From IMG/VR virus record IMGVR_UViG_3300002916_000001, positions 11,566-75,565 of that record: a stretch of 64,000 nucleotides of DNA; one strand, given 5' to 3'. This stretch comes from a virus. A model generated the notes under the pieces. That model saw nothing but the letters and a program-made list of their open reading frames with translations. It did no database searches and had not been told where the DNA came from. Below are positions 55,199 through 64,000 of the stretch, piece after piece; position 1 is the stretch's first letter; each line of letters begins with the position of its first letter. Both the position numbers and the translations under genes were made by a program.

Positions 55199-56260
55199 TT
55201 ATACGTACCTCGATACCCATGAAAACACCGCTTGCGCTGAAACAGCAGATACGCTTGTGATGCTTATATTGAATGTCGTTATGTCAGGAGGCAGCGTCAC
55301 GAAAATCCCGATCGGATCGTGCCGTGCTCCTGACCCATTCGAGATGATCGACATGCCCGTGGCAGGGTCGCACTGCACATCTGTGTACTCATTGTTATTC
55401 AGTGGCAGAAGCTTTGCTGTCGTTGAATATGCACTGATCGTCTGTGAGTCCGTTGTCTGGGTTATCGAGAGGGCATCCCACTGGGTCAATTTCAGCACGC
55501 CCGCGCCAATAGGATACGTTGCGTTCGCGGTAAACGAGGTGACAGTGATAGTCGTTGCTGCCACCGAGAACGCAGTGGCAACGTTGACTGTCTGAGTATT
55601 TCCGCCACTGGATAGTTGTAATTTGTCCCCAACGGCCCCACTGAAGCTCGTTGCGTTCACTGGCAGCGTGGTGTATGCCGTGCTGACATTGCGTGCAGTG
55701 GTAAGCGTCGTCGCTCCGGTGCTCGTTTTATTTGTTAATCTTATGAGGGGAAATGACTCCGATGTGCCCCCGCCAGTCACTGAGATAGCAGGGAAGTTCC
55801 ATGTACCCGACGCTGAAGTCAGGGCGACTGTCCCTGTGTCATAAGAGGAGGAGGTGGCGGCGTACATAATCGGGTCATAGGCGCGAAATTTCAGTGACAA
55901 ATTGCAGGCGAGGACATCCGCGCCCCCTGTGAGCTTTCCTTCGGCGGCAAGGCAGTCTGTGTTTTGCAGCAGGCGTGAATCTTCAAAAATTACTAGAGAC
56001 TGCCCACGTAGTCTTAAAGCTTTTTTTAATGCATCTAACCGTGATATCAAGTCCGTCCTTGACGATCCTATAATCTTTAATGTGATATCGATATCACGAG
56101 CACCAACAGATTCTCCTGATTTAACCGTGCCAAATCTGCGGGCCACGCTTGCCGTTATCGGGGTCACCGTTGGAGTGCTTATATCCTTCGAGCGTACAAT
56201 GTTTCCTAATCCATTTGAAAACGAATTGAGGATATAGCCCCCAAAAGAGTAATCTGCCAT
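55199..56260 (-). CDS. distal tail (Dit)-like protein
   Basis: Position after the TMP; RDIDITL, FRAYDPIMY. Confidence 0.7.
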   Translation of the reverse strand: MADYSFGGYILNSFSNGLGNIVRSKDISTPTVTPITASVARRFGTVKSGESVGARDIDITLKIIGSSRTDLISRLDALKKALRLRGQSLVIFEDSRLLQNTDCLAAEGKLTGGADVLACNLSLKFRAYDPIMYAATSSSYDTGTVALTSASGTWNFPAISVTGGGTSESFPLIRLTNKTSTGATTLTTARNVSTAYTTLPVNATSFSGAVGDKLQLSSGGNTQTVNVATAFSVAATTITVTSFTANATYPIGAGVLKLTQWDALSITQTTDSQTISAYSTTAKLLPLNNNEYTDVQCDPATGMSIISNGSGARHDPIGIFVTLPPDITTFNISITSVSAVSAQAVFSWVSRYV

Positions 56261-56261
56261 C

Positions 56262-57623
56262 TTACCGTAACCTCCCCATTGTTACCGCCTTTACTTCATC
56301 CATAAAGAATGGTAGAGTATATAGGTCGTCTATCTGGGAATTAGCTACTCTCAGAGAAAAGTGGAACCTTGCCACCTGACGGCACACAACGCAAGGCACT
56401 AAACATAAGGAGTTTAGAAACATGGAATACCACTCTGTTCCAGATGTCCCCGGTATATATGCCATTCTCAACAACGTCACATCTTTCCTGTATATTGGCA
56501 GTGCTACCAGCCTACGCAGAAGGGCCAAAGAGCACTTAAATGGATTAAGAACCAATAAATCCCATAGCCCCCATTTGCAGCGATCTTGGAACAAATATGG
56601 CAGGGAGGCGTTTACCTTCATTGTTATTGATCTTGTTGAAGATAAGAAAGATCTCATAGCCCGTGAGCAACAATGGATCGACGATATCAAACCTGAATAC
56701 AATATCCGCAAGGTTGCCCATAGCAACTTAGGCTTAAGCCCATCAAAAGAGGCACGTAGAATAGTTTCTGAGAAACACAAAGCTAACCCTAAAGTCATGG
56801 CGCATATGAAGCAGATGGCAGAGTCTCGCAAGGGCGTGCCGATGTCCGAAGAAACAAAGCTAAAGCTAAGCAGTGCCAAGAAGGGTAGAAAGCTAACACC
56901 TGAGCGCCGCGCTGCTCTCATTGCATCCCACACTGGAATCAAGGTGAAGCCCGAGCATATCGCCAAGCGAGCCGCCTCCAATAAAGGCAAGCATAAATTG
57001 ACGCCTGAACATATGAAGAAGTTGCAAGAAAGCAGAAATAGAGAGAAGGATCTTGCAAACATTGAGAGATTGGCACAAATGCATAGGGGCAAGCCACTAT
57101 CTGAAGACCATCGCAAGAAAATAAGTGAGGCAAAGCGAAGACAATTAAAAGATCCAGAGTACAAAGCAATGGTTACCGAGCGAACTAGGCAAGCCGCAGA
57201 GAAACGACGCGGCAAGTATATAGGACAAAAGCGTTCTGAGGAAACAAAAGCTAAGATGCGGGAGGCTAACGCACGCAACAAAGAGGTACGAAGCCTAAAA
57301 GCAAAACAGTGGCAATCTGATCCAGAGTATCGCCGTAGAAGAAGTGAAGAGGCAAAGGAAAGATGTGCTGACCCAGAGTACCGCAAGGTAATGAGTGAAC
57401 GAGCAAAGAAATCATGGGAAGCACGTCGCGCCGCAAAGAAAGCACTGGAAGCACAGCAGGCACAGCCCCCTATGCAAAATCTTTCACCAATACCACCTCT
57501 TGACACATCGGAGTATGTCCAGTTACCCCTTTGGCAGGGTGATACGCTATAGATACCTAGACTTGGAGAGTTCTTTATAGGACTCTCCATTTTATTTAAT
57601 TGCATCTCTTGATCTATATGCAT
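56262..57623 (-). other. 453-codon antisense 'bridge' ORF spanning the HEG insertion
   Basis: Starts 1 nt after the TMP stop (TGA-G-ATG) and ends 1 nt before the Dit start (TAA-G-ATG). Confidence 0.5.
56422..57552 (+). CDS. free-standing GIY-YIG homing endonuclease with NUMOD3-like repeats
   Basis: GIYAI..LYIGSA..R..EH; REQQWID..PEYN; repeated SEETK.K.S motifs; RBS in hairpin loop 56399-56417. Confidence 0.9.
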   Translation: MEYHSVPDVPGIYAILNNVTSFLYIGSATSLRRRAKEHLNGLRTNKSHSPHLQRSWNKYGREAFTFIVIDLVEDKKDLIAREQQWIDDIKPEYNIRKVAHSNLGLSPSKEARRIVSEKHKANPKVMAHMKQMAESRKGVPMSEETKLKLSSAKKGRKLTPERRAALIASHTGIKVKPEHIAKRAASNKGKHKLTPEHMKKLQESRNREKDLANIERLAQMHRGKPLSEDHRKKISEAKRRQLKDPEYKAMVTERTRQAAEKRRGKYIGQKRSEETKAKMREANARNKEVRSLKAKQWQSDPEYRRRRSEEAKERCADPEYRKVMSERAKKSWEARRAAKKALEAQQAQPPMQNLSPIPPLDTSEYVQLPLWQGDTL

Positions 57624-57624
57624 C

Positions 57625-60600
57625 TCACCAAGCCCCCCTTTGCATCATTTCCGCAGCGTACCCACCTAAAGACTGTATTGCCTGATTTATGCGCTGCTCA
57701 TTGAGGCTCCCCGCTGCTACGTTGGCATTCAGTGTTGTTCCCCCTGACTTGCCTTGCAACACAAGGGTATGCAAGTCTGCTGCAATGCTTGCAAGGTATT
57801 GCTCTGTGTTACCACTGCCTCCGCCGAATGCACCGCCAGGACTGGCAAAGCCTGCCATTGGCATGACAATCTCGTTACCTGCCTCTCCGAAGCCATAGCT
57901 AGTGCCAGTACGAAGCCCCATGCCAAGGATAGGCTCAGTTATAAATCCACCTCGGGCATAACCGACATAAGGACCACCACGTGCCATTGAAGCAATACCT
58001 GGTACATTAAATACTGTGCCATAGCGTCCAACTATATAACCAATAGCTGCTGCCGCATTATCTACTGGATTTAGGATATTTCCATGACCAGGAAGAGCAT
58101 GGGCGGCAAAGGTGGATGGGATGGTTTGAAACAAACCTTGCGATGGATGTCCCGCACGGGCATTAGAGTCAGTAAGGTTAATAGCGGCGGGATTGCCCCC
58201 TGACTCGTGCATAGCAATGGTTGCCAGTGCCCCAGCCCAGTTTGCAGGGGCATGCGTCAATGCCATGGCCTGAGCGATCCAACTTTGAACGTTGCCAGGA
58301 ACGTTGACAGCACTGCCTCCGCCTCCGCCGAAGTCGAACTTTGGCAAAATTTTGTCGATCCACCCAACTGCCCAATCCTTGACCTTGTTGAATATCCCTG
58401 ATGCAATGTTGCTCATTGGTCCGAGATCCGGTGCCTTGATGTTCATGGCATTCATCACGTTGTCCAGGACTGCCCTGGCACCGCCGCCTATCCATCCCAT
58501 GATTTGACTGCCAAGATCGCCGATGCCACCGGCGTAGCCTGGTATTTTGCCGCCCATCATGGCAAGGAGATCCATGGTTTTCGGCGAGGAAAGCACTGCG
58601 GTTCCACGCGGGGCGACAAGGAGTTCGGGGCCTTCCTCACCGACGATCATTGGTCCGCCTGGATGGCCCTCGGTACCCGATGCATAGCGAGGAATGCGCC
58701 CCAGGTGCGCAACGGGGATCGTGCCCTTGGTGCCTAGTGAGGTGGCGATGTTATCGAGTCCTTGCCCGATAAAGTTGATAAATCGTTCAACTGCATTTAT
58801 TCCATTATTGAGTTGATCTACGATACTATTGACAAGTCCCTTGAATGCATTAGCTGCCCCATCCTTCAATTCGTTGAATTTAGCGATTGCACTGTTTTTG
58901 AAATTTGTGACATGGACTAGGGTCTCATTCCATCTATCCCTGAACCAGTTACCAATAGGCGAAAAAACAGCAGTAACGAAGTTCCGAGCTTCCTGGAACT
59001 TGTCCCTGAACCACGTGCCGATTGGTGCAAGAAACGTTTTGACTTGAGTCCATCGATCATTGAACCAGTTACCCAAGAATTGGAAAGCGCCCGTTGTAGC
59101 ATTCCACGCTTCTGTGAATTTTTGATGGAACCACCCGCCAATTTCTGCCAACTTAACTTTTGTCTCACTCCACCGATCCCCGAACCACTGCCCCAGAAAA
59201 CCGAAAAATCCAGTGACAGCCCCCCAGGCTTCTGAGAATTTTTGATGGAACCATGCACCTACAGCGCCAAATACGTTCTTGATATCTGCCCATCGATCCT
59301 GGAACCACTGACCTATAGGCCCGAAAATCTCGACTATCTTGTTTCGCGCCTCTGTGAACCTATCACCGAGCCACTGTCCTAGCTTCCCCCACAAGGCAAC
59401 GAGAATATTCCAAATGGTCTCGAAAACTCTTGACATGTAGTTTCTAAATGGTGCTGTAGCGTTCATCACCTCCGCCCATCTATCACTGAACCACTGACCT
59501 ATTGCACCAAAAAAGCTTGTTATACCTCCCCAGATATCGCGCCCACGATCATTGAACCATTGTCCTACACCTCCCCAAATGTTCTGCACATCTACCCATC
59601 GATCATGAAACCACTGACCTATTGCGCCGAATACGCTTGTAGTAGCGCCCCAGGCTTCTGACCACTTATCATGAAACCAAGCGCCTATACCACCAAATAC
59701 GTTTTGAACGTCTACCCATCGGTCATGGAACCAGTTGCCTATCCCACCAAAAAAGCGTTGTATTGAGCCTATTATCCCGCCTGATGTATCCTCTATATGT
59801 TTCTTGAGCTTGGTGTGCTCATCTTCTACATTTTTGCGCATCTCCTTGTGTTTTTCCCACACCGCAACACGCTGGGTTTCGGCAGCTTCAATATGTTTGA
59901 GCTTTATTGTCAGTGTTTGCCGTTCTGTGTCATCTTTCGTTTGCCTTAGCTGGTCTGCTACCCCCATCCTCATATGGTCAAGTTTCTGGATAACCCCTAG
60001 ATCCATGCCCTCGGCATTCTTGATGGTGGCTATCTTCATCTCCATCGTGTGGAGATCCGCTTGCTCTTTTGCCTCTTTTGTCTTCCTGTCTATCCCGTTT
60101 ACAAGGTCATCCAGGTAACCTATGGAGCTCGTTGCCATACCCTTAAAACCGCCGACAACACCACCAGCAATCCCATCAACTATCCCCTTGAGCACGTTCC
60201 CAAATCCCTTGAATATTTCTCCTATTCCACCTAAAATTACCTTTAAATCACCACCAAGCCTATCAAAGTGTCCTGTGAATAAATCGACTACAAATGCTAT
60301 TATTCCTGCTATTATCTGCACATAGCCTGTAACGATCTGAACAATGCCGCTGAAAATCTCAGCTATGCCGTGTGCCATTCCAGCTATGGCACCAATCATG
60401 CCGCCAAGCTCGAATATCAGCAGACCGAGTGCTGCGAGCAACACGCCGCCTATAATCTCTCCGACAATAGTCAATTCAGGTTGAAGTTGCTTGAAGCTTG
60501 CCCATAGCTCTTGAAGGGCTGGTTGAAGCTGAGACTTCCATACATCCTGTAGTTGCTGCCAGACGGGCGTGAAGGTGTCCTTGATGAATCCGCCTATTTG

Positions 60601-62205
60601 CTGCATGACCACACCCACACCAGAGATAAAGTCTCTGAAGCCAGCACTGGTGTTATAGAAGTGCAGAAAAATGGCAGTGAGGCCGCCGACTGCCAGGGCT
60701 ATGCCTGCGATTGCCAGTGCAACGGGGCTAATAGCAATGTCGAGAGCAAGGAAGGCACCGACAAGCAGTGTGCCGACAGCGGCAGCAATGCCTGCAATGA
60801 TGGGAATCCCTGCCTGCCCACGACCAACGAAGTCAGAGAACCATGTGCTAGCAGTTTGAAATGCAGGAATGATATTTTGCGAGATAAAGCCCCAAAGCCG
60901 CTGAAAGGCAGGGATTAGCTGTGTATTGACAAAGGAAGCAACGCTTGCAATAGCCCCACCGACCTTTACGCCCATATCGGTCGCAAATCGTTGGAAGGCG
61001 GGGGAAGTAACAAGCTCGCCAAGCTTGATCAATGATGCCTTTGACTGCTCAAAGAGGGGTCCAGTGAAGGCTCTCCATGCAGCCATAGTGTTATCTTTGA
61101 AGGTGCTAAGCAAGCCATTGAAGGTCTTTGATTGCGCCTGCATACCGCCGCCGAATGCCTTGCCCATGCCGTCAAGCAGGATATTGATTGCCTTGCCTGC
61201 CGGGAGCAAGCCATTTTCACTCATCTTCTGGGCTTCGGCGGTCGTAACTCCCATGCCATCAGAAAGTAGCTGCCAGGCGGGAATACCTACCTCTGCAAGC
61301 TGCATCATGTCCTGCGCGTTAACCTTACCTTTTGCTTGCATCTGCCCAAGAGCCGTTGTTACTCGGTCAATTTCAAACGCGCCCCCACCAAGGGCAGAGA
61401 CGGCATCACCAACGTTGTGCAGCATTGGCAGAATGCTTTGCGCTGAGAAGCCAAAGGCGAGCATATGCTTCGCAGAATTGGTGATATCGGGGAATTCGAA
61501 GGGAGTCTCAGCGGCAAACTTCCAGAGGTCCTTGACCATCTTGGACGCAGCGTCGCCACTATGGAGCAAAGTACCAAAGGCAACCGTTGTCTGCTCCATG
61601 TCGGCATTGCTGCCAACGAGTGCGCTGCTCAGTCCTTGCGCACCTTGAACCAGTTGCTGGATGCCAAAGACCGTCATGCCAACCCTGGAACCAAATTCGA
61701 GGAGGTTCCCTGCTGCATTCTTGAAGCCTGATGCAAGCCCGCTCGTAGCCTGTGCAACATGATCTTTCAGGCCACTCATCGCTTTTGCAAAGAAACCCGT
61801 CTTCTCAGCGCTTGCAGCGGACTCCTTTGCAAGTCTCTGGGCTTCCCCTGCTGCCTTCTGCATGGCATTGCCCGCCGCGTCCTCTGCGGTCTTGACCTTC
61901 TCGGCAGCAAGAGCAGCCTTAGATTGCATGAGAGCTAGTTGCTCAGTGGATGCTTTGCCGCCCGTTGCAGCGTCACTGGCTTTCTTCACCGCAAGGGCAG
62001 CGCTTGCCTGGGCTACCTCGACTTTCTTTGCGGCTTCAGCGGCTTTGGTTTGCAGGGAGGAGAGCTTATTGAAGTTTTCACCGGCGTCAGCGACTTGATT
62101 GATGCTCTTTTTGGCATTAGCAAGGGCGTCCTCGAACTTCTTGAGGACATTCAAGGAACTTCCTGGCTGTATGTTAAATTCCCAGACGGTTCGATCTACT
62201 CCCAT
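57625..62205 (-). CDS. tape measure protein with C-terminal lytic transglycosylase domain
   Basis: [17 protein letters not shown] tape-measure domain; 11-residue W/F repeats; HESGGNP..IN..DSN...GLFQ. Confidence 0.93.
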   Translation of the reverse strand: MGVDRTVWEFNIQPGSSLNVLKKFEDALANAKKSINQVADAGENFNKLSSLQTKAAEAAKKVEVAQASAALAVKKASDAATGGKASTEQLALMQSKAALAAEKVKTAEDAAGNAMQKAAGEAQRLAKESAASAEKTGFFAKAMSGLKDHVAQATSGLASGFKNAAGNLLEFGSRVGMTVFGIQQLVQGAQGLSSALVGSNADMEQTTVAFGTLLHSGDAASKMVKDLWKFAAETPFEFPDITNSAKHMLAFGFSAQSILPMLHNVGDAVSALGGGAFEIDRVTTALGQMQAKGKVNAQDMMQLAEVGIPAWQLLSDGMGVTTAEAQKMSENGLLPAGKAINILLDGMGKAFGGGMQAQSKTFNGLLSTFKDNTMAAWRAFTGPLFEQSKASLIKLGELVTSPAFQRFATDMGVKVGGAIASVASFVNTQLIPAFQRLWGFISQNIIPAFQTASTWFSDFVGRGQAGIPIIAGIAAAVGTLLVGAFLALDIAISPVALAIAGIALAVGGLTAIFLHFYNTSAGFRDFISGVGVVMQQIGGFIKDTFTPVWQQLQDVWKSQLQPALQELWASFKQLQPELTIVGEIIGGVLLAALGLLIFELGGMIGAIAGMAHGIAEIFSGIVQIVTGYVQIIAGIIAFVVDLFTGHFDRLGGDLKVILGGIGEIFKGFGNVLKGIVDGIAGGVVGGFKGMATSSIGYLDDLVNGIDRKTKEAKEQADLHTMEMKIATIKNAEGMDLGVIQKLDHMRMGVADQLRQTKDDTERQTLTIKLKHIEAAETQRVAVWEKHKEMRKNVEDEHTKLKKHIEDTSGGIIGSIQRFFGGIGNWFHDRWVDVQNVFGGIGAWFHDKWSEAWGATTSVFGAIGQWFHDRWVDVQNIWGGVGQWFNDRGRDIWGGITSFFGAIGQWFSDRWAEVMNATAPFRNYMSRVFETIWNILVALWGKLGQWLGDRFTEARNKIVEIFGPIGQWFQDRWADIKNVFGAVGAWFHQKFSEAWGAVTGFFGFLGQWFGDRWSETKVKLAEIGGWFHQKFTEAWNATTGAFQFLGNWFNDRWTQVKTFLAPIGTWFRDKFQEARNFVTAVFSPIGNWFRDRWNETLVHVTNFKNSAIAKFNELKDGAANAFKGLVNSIVDQLNNGINAVERFINFIGQGLDNIATSLGTKGTIPVAHLGRIPRYASGTEGHPGGPMIVGEEGPELLVAPRGTAVLSSPKTMDLLAMMGGKIPGYAGGIGDLGSQIMGWIGGGARAVLDNVMNAMNIKAPDLGPMSNIASGIFNKVKDWAVGWIDKILPKFDFGGGGGSAVNVPGNVQSWIAQAMALTHAPANWAGALATIAMHESGGNPAAINLTDSNARAGHPSQGLFQTIPSTFAAHALPGHGNILNPVDNAAAAIGYIVGRYGTVFNVPGIASMARGGPYVGYARGGFITEPILGMGLRTGTSYGFGEAGNEIVMPMAGFASPGGAFGGGSGNTEQYLASIAADLHTLVLQGKSGGTTLNANVAAGSLNEQRINQAIQSLGGYAAEMMQRGAW

Positions 62206-62213
62206 TGCTCTCC

Positions 62214-62723
62214 TCAAATCAATTTGATCGTTTCGCCTTCATATGGTTGTGGTCGAGGAAATTCATTGACAACCCTTGTCATATCCATTGAATTTCCTTG
62301 ATTTCTCTGCTCTCGCTGCTCTTCAAGGATACAATCGAGTTCTCTGATAAACCCGAAGAACTCACGGTAGTCCATGGTCTTCACATCCCTGTAAGTGAGC
62401 CCGCCCCTGTAGTGATACAAGAGTCGTGCACGCGTCCTCATTGCGTCATAGGGCTCAAGGGCCGCTCCTACGTTGCTCCCGTCAAGGCGTGCCCGTGCCC
62501 GCTCTGCTTGTGCAAGGAGTTGCTTTGCGGCTTCAGGGTCTGATTCCTCGATGGCGTAGGCGAGATCAATGGCCCGCTGTATCTCCTCCATACCCCAATC
62601 GCACGTGGGATCGACGGGCACATCGGCATCTACGACGCGGGTGCTTCGCCCTCTCCGTCTTGCGTTGTACTGCCGTCGGGCAAGGGACTGATGCTCAAGG
62701 GGCGGTTCACATGCTCGAAAAAA
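62214..62723 (-). CDS. tail assembly chaperone GT extension (via -1 frameshift)
   Basis: The -1 frame is open from the slippery site into the 62214..62621 ORF. Confidence 0.8.
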   Translation of the reverse strand, partial: FFRACEPPLEHQSLARRQYNARRRGRSTRVVDADVPVDPTCDWGMEEIQRAIDLAYAIEESDPEAAKQLLAQAERARARLDGSNVGAALEPYDAMRTRARLLYHYRGGLTYRDVKTMDYREFFGFIRELDCILEEQREQRNQGNSMDMTRVVNEFPRPQPYEGETIKLI

Positions 62724-63169
62724 CGCGTGAATAACTCCGTGACTACAGGGAGATCGATGCCCTCGCCGATGAGCATCTGCCGTGTCATCCAGGGCTCGGA
62801 GATCTGCCAGACTTGCATGACAAGGTCCTCCATGATAGCCATGCCTTCCGCCTCAGAGAGCCCCTGGTCCTTGAGCTTCATAGCATGGTGATAGGCATCC
62901 GTTGGCACAAGGTTCTGAATGCGTGCCGTTCGAAGCCTGGGCACGCGGTACGTGCAGGGCTCTCCTGTCCCTGGATTGATGAAAGGCTCCCCATCATCGT
63001 CCAGGACGGGCTCTTCCTTGTAGTACCTGACTTTTACAGGGATGATCTCGATGGTCACTTCATCGAGATTCACTGCTTGTGGCATGATAGGGCGCGGTGG
63101 ACTCTCCTTGATACTCTCAAGGGCTTTCCTTGCCGCATCCTCGTCAACAACGCCATTCTGTGTCGTCAT
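62630..63169 (-). CDS. tail assembly chaperone G
   Basis: Between tail tube and TMP; contains a slippery site. Confidence 0.8.
   Translation of the reverse strand: MTTQNGVVDEDAARKALESIKESPPRPIMPQAVNLDEVTIEIIPVKVRYYKEEPVLDDDGEPFINPGTGEPCTYRVPRLRTARIQNLVPTDAYHHAMKLKDQGLSEAEGMAIMEDLVMQVWQISEPWMTRQMLIGEGIDLPVVTELFTRFFEHVNRPLSISPLPDGSTTQDGEGEAPAS
62717..62723 (-). promoter_or_regulatory. programmed -1 frameshift heptamer T TTT TTC
   Basis: CGT TTT TTC in chaperone G; frame arithmetic matches the downstream ORF. Confidence 0.8.
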
Positions 63170-63181
63170 GGGTTTATCCTT

Positions 63182-64000
63182 CTAATATGCACTGAATTGT
63201 GTGTTGGTGAGCGTTGTTTGTAGAAGATAGGCATTGTTTGCACCAGCGCCTATCAATGGTGCTGCGATGCTTTTGCCTTCAACGCTCATCTCGAAATGCT
63301 TGCCGTCCGTCTTTGGCTCAGGAATATTCGTTTTCGTGTAAGCAAGTGTGAGTATCTTGTATTTCACGGTGTGCAGGGTATCTGGTTGGGTAAAAATGAC
63401 TTCCAAACTTCCAAGGCCAAGCGCCTGGGCATCAGTGGCTCCTGCAGCGCCGCCGTAGTACGTCTGGAAAACCTTGGAGAAGACGGTGAACAGCACGGCA
63501 AAGGAGACCTTGAAATCAAGGTTGCCGTAGACCAGCCCTGCATTGACAAGCCCTTCGGTCTGCATATCATCATCGAGACCGTTGTTCTGCTCAATGTCGA
63601 ACTTTGTAAGATTGAGCGCATCGCCAGTGGTGACGCCATCGACTGTCCATGTGCTCTGCGTGAAGAGGAAGGATTGATGCTGCTCGAGCGTGACGGTGGC
63701 AGGAGTGCCTTGAACGCTTGAGGCAATGCCTGTGAACTCGATCTCATGCATGAGGAGCTTGCCAGACTCGGCAGATCGCTTGAAAGAGGCAACTTTGCAG
63801 GAACGGACACGCAGTGCTGTGCCAGCTGCACCGAATTGGTTCCCCAAACCGACCTCGATCGTGTAATAGTCACCATCGCTCTGATCGGTGATCACATGGC
63901 TTGCCGATGACTTCACGGTGCCTGCATTGGCATGCGCCAATTTCAAAGCCCCGCCATTGTAGCCACTGTTAACGGCAAGAGTATACGGACCCACGCCCGT
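63182..64000 (-). CDS. major tail tube protein (partial)
   Basis: Position upstream of the chaperones; YYTIEVG...SCKV..F...IEQNNGL. Confidence 0.7.
   Translation of the reverse strand, partial: TGVGPYTLAVNSGYNGGALKLAHANAGTVKSSASHVITDQSDGDYYTIEVGLGNQFGAAGTALRVRSCKVASFKRSAESGKLLMHEIEFTGIASSVQGTPATVTLEQHQSFLFTQSTWTVDGVTTGDALNLTKFDIEQNNGLDDDMQTEGLVNAGLVYGNLDFKVSFAVLFTVFSKVFQTYYGGAAGATDAQALGLGSLEVIFTQPDTLHTVKYKILTLAYTKTNIPEPKTDGKHFEMSVEGKSIAAPLIGAGANNAYLLQTTLTNTQFSAY

Noticed and set aside
56262-56421. Group I intron around the GIY-YIG gene (GTAACAATG resembles the other intron's 3' end)
   Set aside because: No P7 R/S elements found, the HEG is antisense, and the flanking genes are complete.
58900-59740. 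Periodic repeats in the TMP as a DGR or array
   Set aside because: Ordinary 11-residue W/F tape-measure repeats; no reverse transcriptase in the window.
3108-63876. Numerous shadow ORFs in the six-frame track
   Set aside because: They overlap better-supported genes and lack an RBS or motifs; only 56262..57623 is kept because of its exact junctions.

Overview
This window is part of a large temperate siphovirus-like (pro)phage. The host is probably Ktedonobacteria/Chloroflexota, inferred from gene style and not verified. Left to right: (1) an early/replication region with RusA, SNF2 helicase, DUF3987-like protein, RNA ligase, TOPRIM primase and HAD phosphatase; (2) a second, minus-strand replication module (HTH, AAA_25 helicase, iteron/cruciform origin, second primase); (3) a Cro/C1-type switch driving an early operon with a tRNA-like leader RNA, a Csx3/Crn3-like ring nuclease gene split by a 175-bp MITE, and a Mesh1/SpoT-like HD hydrolase; (4) a TraB/Spd-like membrane DNA-transfer operon; (5) a minus-strand lysis cassette and tail operon (tail tube, G/GT chaperones with a -1 frameshift, tape measure with SLT domain, Dit, LamG proteins). 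Resident mobile elements are a TnpB-only IS200/IS605 element inserted in a terminator loop, a truncated IS607-like tnpB, two MITEs, an ORF-less group I intron and GIY-YIG/HNH endonucleases. One GIY-YIG gene lies antisense in the tail operon under a 453-codon bridging ORF. No integrase, terminase, capsid, rRNA, canonical tRNA or CRISPR array is visible. All protein calls come from motif recognition by eye.
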